Source: Takakia lepidozioides | Taxonomy: Eukaryota > Plantae > Bryophyta | Length of the DNA: 64,000 bases | Direction: 5' to 3' | NCBI GenBank assembly: GCA_030704615.1 | Contig: CM060732.1 | Location: 38,440,001 to 38,504,000, forward strand | In this document: in pieces, positions 49,860 through 64,000 of the stretch | Layout: each line of letters opens with the position of its first letter | Numbering within the stretch: the first letter of the stretch is position 1 | Position numbers and translations under genes: made by a program | The notes under the pieces: generated by a model | Databases searched by the model: none | Told to the model about the DNA's origin: nothing | What the model saw: only the letters and a program-made list of their open reading frames with translations

Positions 49860-50760
49860 CATTTGGGAGTTTTAATAAGATGCCGCTGGGAGATGAGGTC
49901 AGTCCATCTTTGGGGAGGTTACCCATAATGGTTTCCCATCCCAAGTTGACCCTCTTAGCAAGAACCCAACAACAACTTCATGAATTGAGATTGGAGAGGA
50001 CGAGTTCAGATCCCAAAAGTGCAAAAGGTGAGCTAATCCTGCAGGCTCCCAATGTGAATCTTTCTGTGCAACGCACAAGGTCCTTGGAGTCCCGATTATA
50101 ATTCCCAAAAAGAGGGTGGCCAAAGGGCTTGCTGCAGCCAAATGATGCTTTACCAGCCTACTCCAAGAGCTGGAAAGGTGCATGAAGACTCTTGGCACCC
50201 ACTTTGCCAATAAAGCAATAATTTGGGATTGTGGGTCCAGAACACCCAAAACACCATGCTTCCATTTTTGACAAATCTGGTTCTAACTAACCAAAGCCCT
50301 CTTATTCGCAAAGGCAGTAGTGGCTCCCCAAATAAAGTTCCTTACTAAAGATTTGATATTTTTAATGATGGAGGTCATGGAGCCCATACTAAAGCGATGA
50401 ACCACTAATAAGCATAATTTGATTGGCCACCAAGGCCCTGCCAACCATCGTTAAGTGCAAGGAACTTCAGTAGGAAAGTTTTCTTTTAAGTCTGGAGAGA
50501 ACGGCTGCAGCAAAACGACAGTCATCATTATGCTCATATCCAATATGATGTCCCAGACACACGTGAGACTACCCGTAGTAAGCCATTTCAACCCCAAATC
50601 TGATCCCCACGAAGCACAATGATTGGCTCTACTATCGTCATACAGGCGACTCAAGATCCCCATCGATTTCTCCCAATTGATTTTCAAGTCAGAATCGTCG
50701 CAAAAACATCCAAGAGAATCCAGGGTAGAGCTCACATTGGAAACTGGAAGAACTAATGTA
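49860..50760 (-). mobile_element. Degenerate non-LTR (L1-type) retrotransposon ORF2 fragment
   Basis: LDSLGCFCDDSDLKINWEKS (late RT motif) and downstream GVLDPQSQIIALLAKWVPR; fragmented by stops and frameshifts. Confidence 0.7.
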
Positions 50761-50929
50761 GAAGGTGCTCCGTGCTGGACAATTCGGAAAGAGGGGAATC
50801 CAGTTGATTGGAGAAAAGCGCAACGAAATGAGAAGCAGTCTGATCCACAGCCATATCTTTGGGTTTGCAATAACATTGCCCTGAGCATTGGTGATAAAGC
50901 TGATTAGAGAGGCCTCTCGTTTTTGCTTT

Positions 50930-51800
50930 TTTGAAAGAAGTACGCATTCATTTTCTCCCCTTTCACAGAGCAGTTGGCTCCATAAGTACATGCCTCCCAA
51001 CGCTGAATTTCGGTGCATGGAGGACCCAAAACTTTCCCTACATGGATGACGACATGTGCAAAATATGACCCTACACGTAACAAGTAGGACCCCTAAGTCT
51101 GCGCCTAACTTGATTTTGAATCAGCAATCTCGAACTGGTAAGATTCTAGATATTTAATACTCATGAGATATCTCATGTAGAGAGAGAAAGAGGACTCCGG
51201 CCCAAGCAGGGATAACAAAAGAGCCACTTCACCTTGCAGCTACTGGCCCCTTTCGGGTAGTATATTAATGTAGAATTGTAGAGGCTGAAAATTATTTCAT
51301 CTAATATCTACAAACACTCCGTCAAAGTGATCCATGGCACGTTGCACCTTCAATTATTCCTGTAGTGTTTGACAAATTGCTCCGTGAAAAACTGATAACC
51401 AGCTCCGTGGAACTATGATCTCGATATTGAGTCAAGCTTTCTTTCTCCTGTTTCTTCTGTTTGCTTTTAGGATTGATGTTATACTCAGGATAAGCATAAG
51501 TAATCACCGGCGCTACATGGTATACATGACCATCATCTACATGTCTTTGAAAAGCCACTGGCTGAATTCCCAAATTATTGTGACTTGACCTCGCACCTCC
51601 ATCCTCCTGAACTGCCATCCCTCCCATAGCCCGGGAGAGTGGTAATATAGTAGGTGGGGTACTGGATCATGAGTGAAGAGCTGGTTGACTCTGTGCAAGC
51701 ACTTGGTTTCGCAGAGGGCCAGACCAAGCGGTCTCAATAGCCACGCACAAAGGATGAGATGCACGAGAGGAGGTGACAGACATACCTTGAAATTGTGGAT
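50930..51800 (-). mobile_element. Possible highly decayed PIF/Harbinger (HARBI1/ALP1-like) transposase remnant
   Basis: Ordered weak similarities: NFKV..LCAWLLRPL..LLYYHSPG; LSNTTGIIEGAT (compare xPNxxGAIDGT); RNSAL..LCERGE. Judged by eye only. Confidence 0.35.
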
Positions 51801-54577
51801 TGTCATGCAGAAAAATAGGCCTCAATTCTGTCGGTGGAGCGGAACTGAGGTTGCCAAGTAGTGGTGAGTAGCCTACTAGTAAGGTGGTGGCAATGTAAGA
51901 AGTGAAGGTGACTCTTGATGGGTGTCTAGTGTATAACCCAGGTCCCTGTCACCCCAAAATGTGTCACCCCGTGTCTTGTGTAACTCCTATTATTAATATA
52001 TTTTGTACTTAGCCAGATTTGGACTTAGTCACATTGGAGACCAAGTGGGATTAGGTGACTCAGTGGAGTTACGCTCCCTTCATTGTCACCCCACCGTCTG
52101 TCACCTTAACTTATAGAAGTTACTTATACTCCATTTAGTGTATCATCCAAGGCTCAACCCGTTCCATGTCACTCTAGAGAAATGGGAAAGATTTGACATG
52201 CCCAAAACCAACGGAACGTCTTGTCAGATATCGCACTTGTGCATTAAGTTCCTAGTACGGAGCTAGCTAGTAACACCAATTCATTCCGGAGATCTTGCTT
52301 GATGCATCTTGCAGCTCTCTGATCTTTTAATTCTACTGGCTATGGTGGAAGTCCACCTTACAGTTGGAGCTGGCTAAGTGTTACCTCTAAGTAGAAGTAT
52401 TAAAAACTTCTACTCCCACAGAAAATACACTAGCAAGTGTTAAGTGTTATAAAAGTCTTACTCCCTTCTTCATTAAAATGATCCATGTAAGTGTTAAGGG
52501 TGAGGATAATGGATTATGATCATGATAAGGCTTGCATGAAAGTAGCCTGTAATAATCCATATCAGCTGATCTAAAACAAATCATCTTGATGTGGGCACAA
52601 TTTGCTTACTAAAACCACCAACCAATCCTGACCATACCTTCATTAGCTCCTCTTGGAGCAAAGGCCCAATGAAGTCATGCCATTTATCAAAAGTGTCCGT
52701 GCATTGGAAAGGAACTGGAAATTTGGCGAGTAGGAGAATCCCACCTAACCAGGATAGATTCATTCTTCCAGCATGCATAGATTGATGCCAGGCCATCTCA
52801 ATCAGGTGTGATACTCACCGCAACGTTGATCATCGATCGATTTATTTTTATAAGTGTTAATTTTGTAAGTGTTAAAGATTGTTAGTGGAAACTTCCTGTT
52901 AAACTGTTAATACTCTATTTCTATTATGTATTTTCCTACTCCCAACCCCCTAACACTTATTAGCCAGGTCTGATTGTATTTAGGAACAGGAGTGCACAGT
53001 GATGGGTGGGCTTATTGAAAAGGTTTGCATTCACAACTTACATGCGCATTCATTCACCATAACTAATCTGTATCTTGGACACGACACCTTTGTTGGACTG
53101 TCAAGTGTACACAGCATGACCCACCACCAACTGTAACCTGTTAGTCCCAGTAGCCGTTAAATAATTATGAACGCTTCATTCCCCTGCTCTCCAGGTTTCA
53201 TCCACACACACCTCCAACCCACTGACACATCTGCAAGCATCTGTTTCAAAAAATATATCTATATATATTAAAATTGTTATTTAACTATTTATTTTTATTT
53301 TTTATGGGATGTCTCATGGATGATGGCACTACCATGAATGAGGGTTTGAACTTTTTCCCTTCCATAATTTAAAGTAATTTGCTTTATTTGCTTAAAATAT
53401 ATTATAGACCATGTAACTGACCCTATCAACACATCAGTACCCTATGGCCGCTAACATTTGTACTCCTGTTGTAAACATAATACCGAGCCCTAAGTTAATA
53501 ACTGTGAATTGTGCTGGTGCCAGCTTTTTTTTTTTTTTTTCTTAAGAGAATAGGGGACAGAGGCCCTGAAAACTTTATTAATAAGTGGAAAAAAGTGGGA
53601 CAAGCAAGGAAAAAATAACCTTGCAGGGGAGCCATAAGAGCAACAAAGAGGCACTGCTCAGTAACCAGAGTTCAGAGGCAGGTCCTATCAGAACAGTAAG
53701 GGAGAGAAGTGCCTAATAAGCCAATCACATCCTCATAGAGGGCTCAAATGAAAGATGAATCCTAGACTTTGTCTTAAGGAAACTTTATCTTATCTTATCT
53801 TCCTGCTAAGTCTTCACCTTCAGCAGGGGAGATTTTTGCACTATGTAATGGAACTGAAGAAAAGGAAAACTCCCAGGTTGTGAACTCTGGTGCAGAGGAC
53901 ACCTCCCTTTCCCCAGCTTTTTCTTGCTCTGCTCAGTACTCTGGTGCCATGTAATAAGGGTTTTTAATTTTTTTCCCTTCAATAATTTTAATAAAGCGTA
54001 TAGCCAGCCTGGCAGGTTGTACGCTGGGCCACATTGACTACAGCAGGGTGACCTTCTGACACATGGCAGCACAGGACAGGAAAAAATAAAAATTGTACAA
54101 CGGCCTGACTTATGAGCGGTACTTATCACCTGACACGCTGGCACCTGAAAAACATTTTTCGCATGAGAGCAGCCACAATAGTGTACGTTAGGAGGGTACA
54201 TGAGCGGGCCACTCTGTACATGAGGAGGTAGGAGCCACAAATCCGTTGCTCATGACGTCATGACTCATGTGGCAGCAGCAAGAGGGGGAGGTCGTTGCGA
54301 AGCTGCCGACTTTTCTGCAGCTCCACCTTTGTAGGTGTTCTCGAAGTGGAGGTGTGCTCAGCTCCTTTCTCGGCTCGACAGTTTGTTCTGCTGAATCTTG
54401 CTCAAAGTTTTGGAAAGTGGCAGAGTCGCTGGTGCACTGTGGTTGCGGATGGAGTGTCACTGCCACAAGACACAAAAATCGAACTGTCGATTCCCCGTGG
54501 ACTCCCCAAGTGGGTGCCAGGCGTTAGAATGCGAGAGTAGTTCGTGACAGTAGTACTAGTAGAATTTGAAAGACAGA

Positions 54578-62768
<8,191 letters not shown>

Positions 62769-63718
62769 GTCTTTCTTTCAATGTTGCACAACCTCAATTT
62801 GAACTCAAGGGCGGTCTCTCACAGCTCCTTCACCTTTTAGTCTAGTGGGTTGCAGACCAGTGCAGGGCTTTTCCCCTATATGACAACCTTTCTATTGTTT
62901 CCTCTTCCCAGTGGCTTTGTTTGTGAGTCAAGTAATTGATCCTGAGTAAGATGCTGAAAGTATCCAATTGGGGAGTAAGTATGCTGCTCATATGCTTTTG
63001 GAGAGTGGCTCCGTGACGAGTACGTTGATGGAGAGAGTGACGTTTTCTGTGAAATCTTCAAGGAAATATTGTGAGGTGACTAGTTGAGGTTTATGTGTGA
63101 CAGGTTGTGGTACTTTTGACGATTTATTGTAAAGCACTCGTACACTGATCACCAACTGATTAACCACCAACTAATTGATTAAAGCTGTCACAAGCAATGT
63201 CAAAAATCATATTTACTGCTAGGTGTTTGATGCTATTGTTGTTCCAGGAGCTGAATTGTATAGTAGTCGTTTTGCTATTCCCATGTGAATAGCATCAGGT
63301 CCCCAGGTTCCCCCAGAGATTGTTACATTCAGCCACGGCCCAACAGAGCGTGCTGCTCAACACAAGCCATGAGGGCCTTTTGGGTGAAGAGACACCATAA
63401 TTTACGCTTCCTTCGGGGGGATGTGTCAAATATTAAAAATATGAATTGGTTTTTACAGGAGGGACCAGCCTACTGAGCAGTAGTTGGATAATATGTATTT
63501 GATAAGCAATATATAGTACATCCGCAATATCAAAAATTATGTGCTTTGCACTAGTGATCCTCGGTGATTGGGTGTTCAGTTTACAGCTTGCCTATGATGG
63601 CTGGATTGGGGCTTTATCCCATCTTCCTGATGTATCCCTCATGGACCCCACATGGTTAAATTTTCCATGTTTTATTAAAATGATTTACAGGGCGGGCAGC
63701 TTCCTTCCCCTTTTTTAT

Positions 63719-63739
63719 TTTAGGGTTTAGGGTTTAGGG
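63719..63739. repeat. (TTTAGGG)3 interstitial telomere motif / telo-box
   Basis: tttagggtttagggtttaggg seen directly. Confidence 0.7.
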
Positions 63740-64000
63740 ACCCAAAACCTCGCGGACTCCATTCCTATCACCTTACCATCACACTCCCCACCTCAACTTA
63801 CAAGACATTTGGATTCATAAGTATTTAATAGTGAAACCCAGATAATACGGGGTGTGGAGGATTTGGCAGGAGCCTGCCAGAGGTTGCCGGAATCAAGCGA
63901 AAGTACTGTCAGATCGCGAGCGTCCATTAAGTTCTTACATTATTCCTATTATCTTCCGCCATAAAATCTAGAAAATTCCTTAAGTTGTGCTGGAAGTGTT

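Noticed and set aside
53165-53186. miR166-like gcttcattcccc
   Set aside because: Only the 3' half matches and no hairpin partner is evident.

Overview
Nuclear genomic DNA of a land plant. The GT-AG introns, PLS-class PPR-DYW genes, PTC52 and plastid sHSP show this directly. The very homogeneous PLS repeats suggest a non-seed plant (inference only). From left to right: (i) a cluster of three paralogous 20-motif PLS-PPR genes (2117-4849, 12338-14695, 17026-19434) plus an inverted DYW remnant, interleaved with a ZNRD2/SSSCA1-like gene; (ii) NOP56 on the minus strand with a telo-box; (iii) a ~1.25 kb repeat present twice, flanking a PTC52/ACD1-like Rieske gene and a plastid-type small HSP whose upstream region carries a higher-order tandem array; (iv) a 5.4 kb non-autonomous CACTA element nested in the second repeat copy, carrying PPR fragments and an unrecognised 415-aa ORF; (v) a truncated UFD1-family zinc-finger pseudogene and LINE and Harbinger-like remnants; (vi) an ABCC4/14-like transporter. 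The most notable signals are these. The PPR paralogues have complementary lesions: the only copy with an intact DYW deaminase is frameshifted off its N-terminal leader, while the two copies with an intact leader have lost E/DYW but keep canonical, mutually different PPR codes. A pair of compensating frameshifts across an intron replaces the NBD1 Walker A of the ABCC gene without closing the reading frame. The CACTA element carries PPR modules. All exon boundaries were read by eye and no searches were run.
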